DNA of 64,000 bases from assembly GCA_026770705.1 (NCBI GenBank), contig JANJGN010000009.1, positions 163,618,001 to 163,682,000 on the forward strand. Direction: 5' to 3'. The notes under the pieces are model-generated. The model was not told where the DNA came from and made no database searches. It saw only the letters and a program-made list of their open reading frames with translations. Each line of letters starts with the position of its first letter. The first letter of the stretch is position 1. Both the position numbers and the translations under genes were made by a program. Below are positions 47,501 to 61,796 of this stretch, in pieces. This DNA comes from Isurus oxyrinchus (lineage: Eukaryota).

Positions 47501-50500
47501 ACCTGGCCCGAGTCCATGAAAATTGCAGAGGAGTAGGACGTCACTTTGGTCTGAAGGCTGCACAAAGCACAGGGTAGAGGCCCTGGACTGAGACACCTGC
47601 CTTTATCTTGTATAGAAAGTGTTCACATGTGAGTGACATGAACATTGCTTATCAAAACAAGCAGCGATAGGCAGGGAGACATTCTTTGGAGTTTATTGAC
47701 AATAATGAACAGTATGTACAAGTGATTAACACCCATGCCCAGGACGTGAAACTACATCTCCTCAACCACGAGGTGTCTGGCGGCACCGGCGAGACCTTCC
47801 GTGCTCGGTCGGTGACCACGGGGGTTGGGGTCCTTTATCCAGCCTCTTAATCACATTTTGGTTTGATGTTGTAAGTTTCCTTTAAATCCTGTCTTTGGTT
47901 TTGCAGTGACCCTAACTTAGGGGCTGCGTTTTATATTATCCCTCATTTTGTTAATTTAGTTTATTGGGTTGGCTTTAAAAGAGCTACATCTTCTCAACTT
48001 TCCTAATCCTCCCGCTACATCTTGGTGCTCTGCAGACATCCACAGTGGAGGTAAAGACAGTCTGCTGACTGCTATGCTCTGTCTGTGATAACTTTGGCGG
48101 GCGTCCTCTGGAGGCCTGAGGCCCGGAGGGCCCCGGCTTCCTTTCGAGGTCCTACTGTGTGGCATTAGCACCCTCCTTGTCCTGTGGACTGGGAGCTGTC
48201 AAGGTCACAGTAAGAGGGGAGTTACCAGGATGAATGGCCCCGGAGGGTACACATGTTGATCCTTCTCGCTATGGGTACCCAATGGCCATTGGCTGAATCC
48301 TTGAGGAGCAGGTGTAGCTGGAGTGAGATCGAGCTGCCTGCACCCCTCTCGCATACACACTGTCAGGGGCCAACTATACATCAGCAATGGAGTTCAGCCC
48401 CGCAGCAGTGTAGGAACGATGCCCTGGACCAACGTCTCCATGGCAGCTGCCATCCTACCAGTGTTGACCTCGGTGCATTGACATGCCGGCGCTATCACCT
48501 CAGAGTGCAGGCGGACGGACTCCTCCATTGTGCCTTGCAATCTGAGGGGTGCAGCAGATATCCCTTCCTGATGTTCCCGCGTTGGCCTTTCCAGCTCCAG
48601 CAACTGTGACATGACCAAATCCAGAAACGCGTCACCTGACTCGACCTCAGCAAATTTATGGCCTCCAGCTGCCCACTGAGTGCCGGACACCTGGGAAGCC
48701 CCTGCCACTGCCAGCTGTGGATCAGGCAGTGCAATTTGCTCACCAGCTGTGACCCTGAGTCTACTCTAAAGCTAGATCTCACCGAGGGGTGTGCCTCTGC
48801 GCTGGTGGAGGGTGTGAGTGAGCGCTGTGATGGTACATCAAGGAGGGTCCCTCCAGGTTCCTCTTCAGAGATTTCTTTGGGGATTACTTGGTGTCCCTGG
48901 GTCTCCATCGGCTGTTACCCAGATGAGCGTGTGGAAGCAAGTGGAAATATTTTGTGCATGGCAGTGGCCTGTGAAACAGGACACATCACTCACAGCATGG
49001 TTGTCTGATGGATGTTGCACTGCTGGACCCTCACTTGGCTGAGCACCGCAGACCTCACCGTCAGCACAGGATTGGTCCAGGCCGTTGCCGTCCAGCTGGA
49101 TGGCTCTGTTTACAAAGTACTAGTACTGTTCAGGAACATGATGTTCATGTTTTCATACATGTCGCTGAATTTGTCAGTCACATTTACGCCTCTATTATCA
49201 ACCAAAGAGCGGGATTGTCCCCGATTTGCACTAAGTGCGTTAGTGGGCGGGGAAATCGATGTTTTACCCACCGGCCACAATGGGGGGTTTTCAGGCCGCA
49301 TCGTCCCAAACCCAATGCATTAGTTATGCATTCCCGGGAAACACACCATTTCCATGGTGAGTGGGATCTCATTCACCCCAAACACCATCACTTCACTGCT
49401 TCATCAGGCCCAGCACCGTATGTAAAGTCCAGCCTCGTGCACACATCTCAGTGTTTCCAACCCAGGACCACTGCAGGGAAGATATCCCCAAGAGGCAAAA
49501 GGACTGTAGCTCCCAGGTTTAGTGAGCTGTCACTGCAACACATTGTGTACACTGTGGGGGCCCTGCTGTGATGTCCTCTACTCCCACTCTGGCTGCAGTA
49601 TGGACAGCGCTGTGACCAACCAGGCCTGGGAGGCGGGGGCAGCAGTGGTATACCCACTGAATTTTATTAAGTTAACCCTCACTGTCAGATAATGTAGACA
49701 GTATGAAAAGTGTGGATGAGAAACCCTTAGAAACTGTCCTTGCTGGATGGAAACAAATACTGGAGAGATTGGAAATTTCTAAATGAAATGAGTGGATGCC
49801 TGATTGTTTTAGAGAATGAAATGCAGGTACAACAAATTTTTTAGGGATCTGAGGAGAGGGCTATCTTGCAATATGATGAAGTATAGAATATTGAGATTTT
49901 TAATTCAATTTGTTTCACACTTTTTGGTCACCATATTAACTGAAAATTTTATTTAAATGAGAGAAGGTCATCACCTAATCGTTTACTAATTGTGTTTAAT
50001 TGTATGCAGTGGTGGCATTAATTGGTGATTCACTTGTGCACCTATAAACAGATGCAGACTGAAACTGCGGGTGGTGGATTTGATTAGATTCACACAGTAA
50101 ACAGCACTTTAAAACAGTTCCACAAGTCTTAACCTATCTAACCTCAGAGCTAATCTTTCTATTTTCCGTTCAGCAACGAACACTGTAGATTTAAAAAGCT
50201 ATAGAAGTCCAATAATTTTACCACACAGTGCTTTCACATTGGGGTGTCCACTGACAGCAACTGGGTCTTCAGATCTGGGCCTTGTTCACACTGTCTCCTG
50301 GGAATTCTGACCAGCTACCCTGCTGTCTTCAGGGAGATCTGGCCAACCATCCTGCTGTGTTCTGGGAGATCTAAGCAGCTACCCCCTCACATAGGCTTCA
50401 GTATTCCCTTAAATGTGTTTCTTCTCTTTCATCTCTCTTTGTCGTACCCAGTCTGTTCAGAAATGCTTTTTTCCCAGGATTGATTAAATCAATCTTTACT

Positions 50501-53500
50501 TTAATTCTTAGACTTGTAAAAACAAACTTACCCTATCTTTATGTCACTTCATGACACCTTTTTACAACCTGCATATATCCCCCTTTGAACTAAAACAACT
50601 CAATTCAAACTATTCCTGTTATTGCTTCATGTACAAATCTGTTGAAGTTCTTTTTTGTTTATTAACATATCAAAACCACATCTTATTGTTGACTTTTGAC
50701 CCTATCCACTGATGAGGCAGTCCACGTCATGGAACCATAACCTTAAATCTGGAGATAGGCTCGTCAGGGATGTCAGGAAGCACTTCTTCACGCAAAGTAT
50801 AGTGGAAATCAGGAACACTCTCCTCAAAAAAGCTCTTTAGTTCAATTGAAAATTTCAAAACTGAATGACAGATTTTATCTGGTAGCAATATTCGGGTTAT
50901 GGGACCCAGGTAGGTAAATGGACAGAAGATACTGGTCAGTTGGGATTTAATTGAATTGTGGAACAGGCTGAAGGGGCTGCATGTCCGAATCCCTTTTCCA
51001 TGTTCTGGAGCCCCAGTTAATTTTTCAGTGGTCTGGTCCTTGTGAGTAACAATGTGCTGTGAAACAAGCTCACAAACAGTTAGCATTTCAAAGAGACACT
51101 TTCCAATCACCAGGCAAACTGTGACCTGTGTTGTTTCAGAGTACAGTTTGTGACAGTGAAAGCAGTGAAGGCAGCCAAACCTCACTAAAAATGTTGGTGA
51201 AAGTGTCACTTTTCTCTGGCTAATCCCTTGACCAAAGAGGGAATTTTAATTCCCCTCCCCCATCCTGCATCGTGTTGATGCATGATGGGATTTGCTGGAT
51301 CCAGAACCTTCTCCAGCACAGCTTGTGATCCAGGAGACACACGAAAGCTTCACCCCCACCCCCAGGCAAATGTTTTATACAATTTCTCCCTCCCCATGAT
51401 TGGCCAATCCTGCCCCAAGCAGCAAAGTCACCCTGACTCCCTCCTCGCTGCTGTGCTCCGAGGACACATTCCCACCAATTTCCAAACTTTTACCGTAACT
51501 TTCCTACTTGGAAACCAGCCAAACTTTCAATCAGTGTGCAAGAATTCTGGTGAGATTTTGCTGTTAAATTCGGTACAAACTCAACATTCCTGGTATTTCC
51601 AGCTTTCTCACCACCCCACACACAGTCCCCCCTCTCGTCTCCACGTACCAGGGTTGAAGTGTTCTATCGCAGCATGCAGAGAACCAGAGCCAATCACATT
51701 TACATTCTTATCCAAAGCTACAAAACATGTAACCGATATCTGACAACATTTTGCCCTCATTTTACCCTTTGCTTTTCTAAGATTCTCTCCAACTAATTCA
51801 CATTCAACTCACAAACAATGAAACAGCATTGGAGGCTCACTACCAGCTACAAAGAGATATTGTTCACCATGATATTCATGTTAACATACTCTCAGTATCA
51901 TAGCTGCTGTTCTGATCTGGAGACCTGATTTGTTCTGATATAATGGCTGAAAGGGTAACTCAGGCCTCTAAGAGAATGGAGAGATATGGGGATGGATTTT
52001 TAAAAAGTATGGGGTCAGGATTAGAGATGGGTGGGTATGAAATTTGACACCGCTGGTCTCCATGCCAATTTACCATTACAATCTCAAGCCCGAAACATTT
52101 AGAAAGCGGGTGGCTTGCAGTCAAGTGGTGGGCAGCTAACTTAGGAAATAACATTTACCAAAGGGGCCAATTAAAGACCCATTCCTGCACCCACTGGGAT
52201 TCCATTCAGCAATGCAAGCAGACCACATTGCCCCTTCAGGATCATGGCCCGGCAGCTGCCGGGTTTTGAAACATAAAAAAAACTTACCTGGACTTTCCCC
52301 TTGCTGTCTCCATGCTCAGGTCAGCAACTCCCACCTCACCTGGTGAGGCCCTCTAGCATCAGGAGCCCGCCCTCTGTCCCTGATTGGATGGTGAGCCCAG
52401 TTCCAGGCTTTTGATTGGCTAGAACATTGAAAATTGCAGTGGGCATGCCTAAAGAATGGTGAATGGTGTCAGGACCTGAAACTATCTCCCATGTCCAGTT
52501 CCCAAACCCAAATTTAACATCCACCCCATAGAGTGGTAGATGTGTTGGTGAGATTCCAACATGGCAGAGCCTGGCTGAGATGAAGTGCAAAGTTTGAAGA
52601 GTATTTGATTATTAAATGTTCAGTATCTGAATGTTTCTTTCTTTCCAACAGAACCCGTGTCTGTTCCTGTGCTTAGATTTTCATCACCGCTAAATGTCTC
52701 ATGTTCTGGGAGTTCAGTGTCCGTCTCCTGTGAGTCTGTCCAGGGATCCCTTCCCATTCCGTACACATGGTATGAAAAGACCCTGTCTGAAGATTCAAAG
52801 ATCTCTGACACCAATAAACTGGATCTACATTGTCAATCCTTCAAACAGCAACATCATCAATATTACTGCACAGCCTCAAATAATCAGGGAGTAAAATCCA
52901 GTGACACTGTCACTGTTAACTTAACACTCATGAATGTAACAACGAAAAGCTGCAGTTATGTGATACAAATTGGAAACATTGGTAAGTGTTACTTTCTACA
53001 AACAATGTGGCGAATGAATGTTTTAAATTCATGTCTATCCAAACTGGTCACTGGTTCAGTTCCTTCAGTTTATCTGAGAAATTGCAACTGGCCAAATTCA
53101 CTCTCTCTGGTTCCTCAAACATTCTGAACAAGGTCACTAAGTTGCATTTTTCATTAAAAATGGACAGGATCAGAAAATAACCCCAAAACATGCAAAAATA
53201 TTGCCGAATCTCCAATAAACCCATCGAATCAAAATAGCATTTGATTGACAGAGCTTTCATAAAGCAATTTGTCTATATCCAGCAGATGGAATTGTGAAAT
53301 GCAACCTCCAACTGTTGTGTCCTAGTTTGGGAAGGATATCACTGATAGAATAGAGAAGAATTGAATTAAAATGAACCCTTGGATGAGAGGTTTTAGTCAT
53401 GAGGAAAGTATCATCACAACTGAGGTGAATGACCAGCTGGAGGACGTGGAAATTGTTAGAAATTTGGATAAGGTAACTCTAACTATTTCCACTAGTCAGT

Positions 53501-56500
53501 GAGTCAGCAACAAGAGAGCATTAACTTTAAAATTATCACTAAAAGGACAAAGGGAGAAATTTGGAGAATTTTATTGATGCAAACTGTTTTTAGGACATGG
53601 AATGCCCAACTGAAATAAGTTTACAAACAAATTTAATAATAGATTTTAAAAGGGAAACAAATGTATGAGGGTGTGGGAAAAGGACAATGAAATGGAATTA
53701 AATGAGGAGATCATTCAGAGAACCAGCATTCGAGTGATGGGCTGAATTCCCTCCCCTGTGTTGTAAAAATTCCATCACTCCAGACAAAATCTCAACTTAT
53801 CCTGTCTAAAAAATTAACTATTCCCTCCCCATAAAACAATGACCCTGGTTCTGCCATAAGGAGGACTTTAGCCTTTTTGAATGTAACGGTTCAATTTTCT
53901 GCAGAGTGGGTGCAGCATGTTCACCGAGAAACACCAACATGGGCACAAAACAAAGAGAATCACATTTTCACCTGAGCAGCAGGAGACAGGAATTTACATA
54001 TGCAAATATATTGACTCTGGTCATGTGGTCTCTTGCCTCAGTTGTCAGGGAAGAAGGGTGGAATTTTACACCCCCATTGCGGCAGGGACTGGGCTGTAAA
54101 ATGCAGCCAGCCATTCTAAACTTCATGCACTCCAGCAGGACCATAAAATCCCACTGTCACAAGCCTCAGACCAAAGGCTGTCAGCAGCAGGTAGAAATTA
54201 CACCTGTAAACTGTGTTTGTACTGGAGTTGTCAGCAGGGACTCAGTTGCACTCTGACCTTTGATGCCAGTCTTTTGTAGTTACAAGTTCCCCTTAAGAGT
54301 TAAAATTTGGGCTGATACCATGATCCAGCACTGAGGTAGTGCTATACTGGTGGTGGTGCTGCTACGTAGATGAGGTATTAAACTGAGGATCCACATCCCC
54401 CTTAGGTAGATGTAAACAATTCCAGGGTATTATTCACAGAATAGGAAAGTTCTCCTGGTGTCCTTGAAGCCTTTATTCCTCAACCAATACACACAAATAG
54501 GGAGCAGGAGCAGGCTATTTGGTCTTTTGAGCCTGTTAATGTCACTGGAAAACAGATCATCTAGTGAATGTTTTACTGATGTTTGTGGGGCTTTGCTGTG
54601 TACGAATTAACTTCCACGTTTCTTGATATTAAAACTGTGGCTTTACTTCAGAAAAGTACTTCATAGGCTCTGAAGCACTTTGGGATATCCCAAGGTTGTG
54701 AAAGGTGATGAATCAACACACATTGTTTCTTACTTTTTGAAACAAACGATTTATTAAAATACATCTGAACCAATTATCTGAGTGCAAACGGCAGGGGGGA
54801 GGGGAGGGAGGAGCCAGTCCCAGCAGCAAGGTGGTCATTATAATTAAATGGACAGAAAATCACTGGCAGGTTTGAGACATTCATGGTCTGTTGGTGAAGA
54901 TTCTCATCTTTACTGCAAGCTCAGAAAACTGCCCCCAAAGGGCAGAAAGTGACCATTGCCAGTATTAGGATGTGACTGTTTAATGTGTTCACATGAAATT
55001 CATGTCAAGAAAGTGTATCTCTGGATTGCAGTCCACCAACTTGAGCCCTTATCAGGCCCACTAGTAACTCTGTCCCACCAACTCTCAGATATAGGAAAGA
55101 AAGTGAAATTACCAGTAAAGATAGACCACCAGGTATCAGCAACCTCTCCACTTGTGACCAGAGAGGGGTAAATTACACAGAAATCAATTCTACCAGCCAG
55201 GCTTTTCCTCAATTAATGAGGTTCCATTTGACAATGATGCTCTCTCAGTTGAATACAAGTGAAAATGAGGTGAATCTGAATGTTATTCCCTTGTGTCAAC
55301 AGGACGTGAGTATTGTTGTGAAGCTTGTACAAGAGTATCACCAACTACATATTTGACAAGTACAGATATAATTTCCACTACCAATCGAGCCACAACTTCA
55401 GATCCCGAAAATGCTGAAAGGTACAATGTTCTCATGGATTGGCATTGCTTCCATATGTGAGAGATACAATTGGCCAAAGGAGTGAAAGTTGTTCATTAAT
55501 TGTAAAGTAGCTCATCAGAATGGAAATGGTGGCTGGGTTTATATCATGCTGTTGTGTTAGCTTCTTAATGAGGCTGCATTTTTCTGTTGGAAAATACAAG
55601 CAAGGAGTGAGCTTTTCCATTGTGTTGCCGCTCAGATGGTGTTTTTTGCCTTATTCACCTTGATTACTTCACCGCTAAGGTAATCTCACAGTGTGTGAGG
55701 AGTTGTACTTGTCAAACTTACCTTGCTGCTGTCTACACTGACAGAGTACTTGTATTTGGGCTGATGAAAAGGAAGAATTAGCGTGATATATCTGCACATC
55801 CCTTGGTTTCACTAATGAGAGACATCTTGCAACTCTGGTCCCATTTCCATATTATTAGCCTAAGCTGTTGACAATAAGTAGCAGAAATTGTAGTCCGATG
55901 TAAACACTCAGGAATCAGGTCTTTGAAGTTACAATGGTGATAAAGAGAAAATGCCAACTAAATGTCAAACAGAAAGAGGGACAGTTGGAAATGGACAGCA
56001 GGTATGTCCGCAGCTGTGGAGAAAATAAACACGTTCATGGTTTGGGTGCAGACACTTCTTCAGAATTCTAGTCCACACACGAAGCGAAGCAGGTCCACTC
56101 ACCCCACAGATCCCAACTGAGGTGCTGAATGTTTCCAGAATCTTCTGTTTTCCATTCATATTTCTAGCACATGCAGTGCTCTTACTTTTATCCAGATTAT
56201 TGTCAATGATTTAAAAAGGATTGAAAGTCTATGGTCTGAATTTTCCGCTCGGCGGGGGTGGGGGTGGGGTAGAGCGGGAGCGAGCACGGGCAGCTGTGGA
56301 CCCCATCGCCATCCACCATCGGGTTTTTGACGCCATTTTGCGCGGGCGGCCAATTTAGGCCATCCCAGCGTATTTCCCGGCTCCCGAGGATAGCGGCAGT
56401 GGGCGAGAAGCGGGGAGTGGGCACAGACAACCGGGTCCAATGGTGACCCAGCGGCCTGTTTAAATGAAGGCCTGGCAGCCTGTTCCAGCTGCTCACAATG

Positions 56501-56855
56501 GCCAGTGCAAAGAATTTTCACTTACAATTTAGCTTAGTATTACAGTTAGACATTATGGACATGCTAAAGAAATTTGCTTCGTTTGATTTTTATCTAATGA
56601 TCATGAAGTTGATAAGTAAAACTTTAGCTGATTCTTTCAGCTAAAGTCCCTTGTCTACTTTATGTTGCTGCAAAAAATTACAGTGTAAAGCGGAGAGTCA
56701 TGTTTCAAAAATGAAACAGTCTCATTTCATTTAAATGGTTTGATATTTCTTCTCTTTTGCTCAGTTACATTATCTGGGATGTGATACGCTGGGTGCTCTT
56801 TACTCTCCTGGTAATTTGTGCTGTTTCGGGCACATGGTGTACGAGAAAATCTAAG
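44474..56855 (+). CDS. Copy 2 spliced gene: paralogous CD300/pIgR-like two-Ig-domain receptor. Exons 44474-44510, 46371-46685, 52652-52981, 55303-55420, 56765-56855
   Basis: Same exon lengths (37, 315, 330, 118, 91), splice sites and phases as copy 1, with no stops or frameshifts. There is an extra in-frame ATG at 44471. Confidence 0.88.
46371..46685 (+). CDS. Copy 2 exon 2, CD300/pIgR-type V domain
   Basis: VSGALWAKERV...CHYDAWWYKSHIKYWCLGWTRQC...DTGWYSCGIDKTGQDPMFAVWLQISY. All four Cys are retained. Confidence 0.93.
52652..52981 (+). CDS. Copy 2 exon 3, C2/I-type Ig domain
   Basis: 5 nt differences from copy 1 (4 aa). Splice sites intact. Confidence 0.9.
55303..55420 (+). CDS. Copy 2 exon 4, stalk
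   Basis: GREYCCEACTRVSPTT...ENAE, one difference from copy 1 (P>R). Confidence 0.8.
56765..56855 (+). CDS. Copy 2 exon 5, transmembrane segment
   Basis: Protein identical to copy 1, with one synonymous change (GTG>GTA). Confidence 0.88.
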
Positions 56856-57928
56856 GTGAGAGTTATGGACTGTATAAGAATCATTATGGGCAGTTTGCAA
56901 TGTTATGATGTGGCAGATGATGTGTGTCAGGCAGACCAAATCCACGAGTGAAACTTGGTCGAGCTGTCACAACGGTTTTGCAATTTATATTTATTATGAG
57001 ATGCATGCACTGAATTCAGACACCATAAGTCTACCAAACTTTTAGAGATTTAAAAAATATATCGTTAAATATATTTATTAGCAAAAGATAGATTTCAATT
57101 ACGTACATAAGTCTACTAATTTCTTCTATAATAACTCGTAAAATTCCTAATTAGCCTCACTCCCAGTTACACCTCCTTTAAGGCAACTGTACAAAGAATA
57201 GATATTAGGTTTCAAGCAGATCCAGCAAATTGACACAATGATCTAGACAGTGGAATTCCAAATGGCTTTCACCAGCTTCAGTTTCGTTAGACAGCAGGCT
57301 TATGCACAAATGCTGGAGGCTTCATTAAGGCTACTTCAAACACATCTGTTAGGTCTCATATGGACTTCTCCTGACACATAGCCTCATTCTCCTTTATATA
57401 TGTTTCCCTCTATTTAACATGTAAACCCTATTGTTTCAGATACCTTTGAAACTGTGTCTTCCTCACAATGTAAAAACTTTCATGTCGATACTATATATTG
57501 TCAGTAACCTTTGAGATAAAGAAACACATTCCTTCATCTTGCTTGGCTGCCTAATTGTAAAGAGACTAAAATACTTTTGAAATCCAAATCTCCCTTCATT
57601 TATCTAAAAAGGCAAATTCCCTTTACACTTTACTTGCTAAACCAGTATCCATGTTTACTCATTAGCATGTCAAATACCTAGCTTCTTTTGTTGAGTTATA
57701 TCATGCCATCTACCTGATTCCAAATGTAATTAAATCTCACACAGACAGACCCAAACACTTACCCCCATAAACCTACTCCACAATAAAGCAGAAAATATTA
57801 TGAAAATTATTATACTTTCATGACAGTAAATTCTCCATCAATTATTTCAAAAACATTGATCACAGATATTGTCAAGAAAAACTTGCATTGATGTTAAGGT
57901 CCACAGATTGAAACAAGGTGTTTTACAG

Positions 57929-57971
57929 ATTCTATGGGCAGAATCATCTGAGATTTGCACAAAATGCCGTA
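57929..57971 (+). CDS. Copy 2 candidate cytoplasmic exon
   Basis: Identical to 28016-28058 (offset 29913). Confidence 0.33.
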
Positions 57972-60633
57972 GTGAGTGGGAAAAAGGACATCCCGGGTGT
58001 GAAAAAACAGCACAGACCAAGACCCTGATTTCCCAGTTTTTACTGGTGTTCCATGTTAAAGTATATGAGCCCCACTCAGGCCCGTATTCTTATTTCCCAT
58101 TTTTTACTGTTTTTCCCTTCTGGGATATTATCCGCCGGCTGCAATGGCAGATTTTCACACCTTATTATCCTAATCCTGGCACGTCCCACCTCATTAATTA
58201 TGCGTTCACTGGAAACACACCAGGTCGCTGGTAGGAAGGCCACTGATGCGCCACCCCACCATCACCTCAGGCCTTCATTTATCCAGACGCCCTATTTAAA
58301 GGCCGTTCCTGCAGAGAGATAGCTCTCTCTAAGGCATCAAAAACTGCTAGGAATTCATAGCTGCCAAAGGGAGGAAACATGTTGCATCCAAAATTTAGCA
58401 CTGCCTCCCTCAGCCTACTGGGCACTGTGAGAGCTGCCGTGAAGTCCTCTACCCCAATTCTAGGCAAAGACCAACAAGCATGGCAACAAATCTAGCATGG
58501 GAGATGGTGGCAGCAGTGGTCAGTGCCAATGCACTGCTAAAGAGGACGGCCACCCAGCGCTGAAAGAGGATGAATGGTCACCTTTTTTCTGCTAGGTTAA
58601 ATCACTTTTCTCATCACTCACAACTCAAAAACCCATCACACATTCACTGGGATCTCACTCAATACCAGTTCAAGGGACATCACCATTCTCCCTCTCACAC
58701 ACACCTTCCTCTGCCCTGCCGTTCCTGTCCTCATCCATGGCACCACTTACCACCCACACGTGCCGGGTGCCCTTCTCATGTGGCCTGGCAGGCACCCTGC
58801 TTACGCTCTCTCCATCTGTATTCCTGCAGAACAAGCTGGATGATGTCAGGGATCTGACACTTACTGAGAATATAGGAGTCACAGACACTCCCTTGGAATC
58901 GTGCGCAGACCCGTGGAAGCTCTTGCTGTTTGTTTAAATATTTCTTGCCATTCCATCTCATAATCATCTTTCTCCCTCTTTATTCGTTTTTTGGTCATCC
59001 GCTGCTGGTTCCTAAAAAGTTCCTAATCCTCAAGCATACCATTAGTTTTCCCCCCTTTTTATACTTTAGTTGTTGATTGGATACTCTCTCTGACTGCCGT
59101 CGTTAACCATGGGTGGTTCACCCTTCTCATCGAGTCCTTCCTTTTGAGCGGGATAAATTTTTTCTGAGCGTTATGAAATATTTACTTAAATGTCTGCCAC
59201 TGCTCACCCACTGACCTTCCTGTTAGTCTATTCTCCCAGCCAACTCTTCCTTCATAACTCTGTAATTGGCCTTATTTAGGTTGAGGACACTGGTTTTAGA
59301 GACGAGCTGCTCACCCTCAAACAGAATTTCAAATTCTACAATGTTGTGTGATCGCTATCCCCTAGAGGATCCCTAACTACACGATCTCTTATGAATCCTA
59401 CCTCATTACGCATTGCTAGATGCAAAATAGCCTGTTCCCAAGAAGGTTATGCAACATATTGCTGAAAGAAACTATCCTTGGTACACTCTACAAATTTGTC
59501 TTCCAAGTTAGCCCTGCCTATCTGATTTCTCCAGTCAATATGCAGATTAAAATAATCCATGACAATTGTAGAACCCTTCTTACATGCCTACATTATTTCC
59601 CAATTTATGCTTTGTCCTACAGTGAGCAAACTCTTTGGAGGCCCATAGATGAGTCCAACGCATGGCTCGTTCCCCTTACTAATTGTTATTTCTACCCAAA
59701 CTGATTCCACATCACGATCTATGCCAGCTATATCACCACCGCACTGATACCTTCATTTATTAACAAAGCTACCCCACCTCCTTTTCCTTTTTGCCATTTT
59801 TTCCAGATTGCCGAATACCCTTGAATATTGAATTCCCAGTCTTGGTCACTCTGCAACCATGTCTCTGTCATGGCTATCAAGTCATATCCATATATTTCTA
59901 TTCGTGCCGTCAACTCATCTGCGTGCATTCAGATAACAAGCCTTAAGCTTGGATTGTTTACCATTATTGCCCATTCTGCTTCTCATTTTTGCTGCACTCT
60001 TCTGCTCCTTGTTCTGCCCCTTCTCATCATACTTTGATTACCATTCGGCTCTTCACTACCCAGCACCTCTGCTCTCTCATTTCCTTTAGATGTTTTAAAC
60101 TTCCCTTCAATTGTCCCTGTTACTATGATCCCATGTAACCCATCCATAATAGAAACATTCCATAGTTTAATCTAATCTTACAAAATAATCGATACAAGAA
60201 AAGGAAGCGAGGAAATGGAGGCAGAAACTAACAGAGCACCAGGGATGATTGTTTGTCAACAAGAACACAAGGAGACGTAAAATTATACAGACTGCAACAG
60301 GAGACTGAGATACAGATCCAAGAGAATTGTTACTGGAAGCAGCAATTGCACTGTATAAAATATATTTAATAAAGTAGCCACAGCAATCAATTTCTACCCA
60401 TAACGCCAGTTGCAGGGGAACATTAGTTACCCATGAGAAAATGGTGTTACATCTCTTCAAGAGGGGCACAACTGATAACTTTTCCCAGCACACATGCAAT
60501 GGGTGAGGAGTGTGATGTTGCCACAGCTCCAGCTCATCACAAGCTTTGCCTCGATTTGTTGGCATAGCCAGAATTCTGTTCACATGTAAAATAATGCATC
60601 GTTCTCAGTCTCAATTAATCTGGTGATTTTCAG

Positions 60634-60788
60634 TTCCAGACACTCAACGGATCAGATCCTCAGAGCTTGACCTAAGAGGGAAAATGAAGATTCCGGGGTT
60701 ACATCTACATTGATGGAATTTTTCATCCTGACAAAATATTCATTATTCGTCGAGCTTTGAATTTCTTTTAATAATTCTACAGAATAAA
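60634..60788 (+). CDS. Copy 2 candidate terminal exon plus AATAAA
   Basis: Homolog of 30721-30875. Confidence 0.33.
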
Positions 60789-61796
60789 AATCGATTTTCT
60801 CATCAAATAATTTTGACCATTACATTAGTGGAGCAATCAAAAAGCAAAATGATGGCTGCAAACTTCAAATTGTATATCTACATCCTGACAATAATTTCTC
60901 TGTTTGCTGCCTTAGTGTCTACACAACTTTATTTCTTGTTTTAAGACTATCAAATTCTTTAAGAAATAAGCAACTTGAAAGGTTCATTTATTGGAAACCA
61001 ATCACTTCATATTATGATGCAGCTGAGCTAAATGCTGAGCGGTTCAAATCCAGGAGGGAAACTTGAACCAACTGTCATAAGTAACTGTTGCAATTTGTAT
61101 GATTGAAGATGCAGGCTTTGAATTCAATAGTAATAAGACGACTGAGTCTCAACAGGTTTTTATAAAACTAAATTAAACATTTATTAATACAAGAAAGATT
61201 GTGAGCACATGCATATGTTGACAAAATTACTACTATAATGTCTACAAAAATCCCCTAATTAATCTGGCTCCAAGTTATACCTCCGTTAAGGCATCAGTAA
61301 AACACATGGATTTAAACAGACCCTGGGCAAAGCTCACTCTGGACAGTCACATTCAAATTGAGTTTCTTTCAGCTCTGGGTCTTTGCAGACAGCGGCTTGA
61401 GGCTTACGGACTGGAGGCTTTAGTTCTTAGAATCGCTCTCCTTTTTACCAACAGCCTTCTAATCCTTTTTACATATTTTTCTCTTTGAATGCAATTTTCA
61501 TTCTACCACTATTTCTTTTGAAATTTTAACTCGTGAAATAATAAGACACTTTCATACGACCCACTTTATTAGTAATCCTTGGGAAAAATAAACAAACACA
61601 CAGTTTCTGAGCTTCACCTGGTTAGGTGTAATATTTCACACCAACTCTGAACCCAAGGTAGGGGAGTTAGTTTAAAGAAAAAATGCAAATTGCCCCCATA
61701 TTTACCTAAGTAACATTTCAAACCTACTCCTTTTCTATACATCAAAGCCTCTAGACAAGCTGGCTTTAATCCAATTAGGACACACACACACACAGA

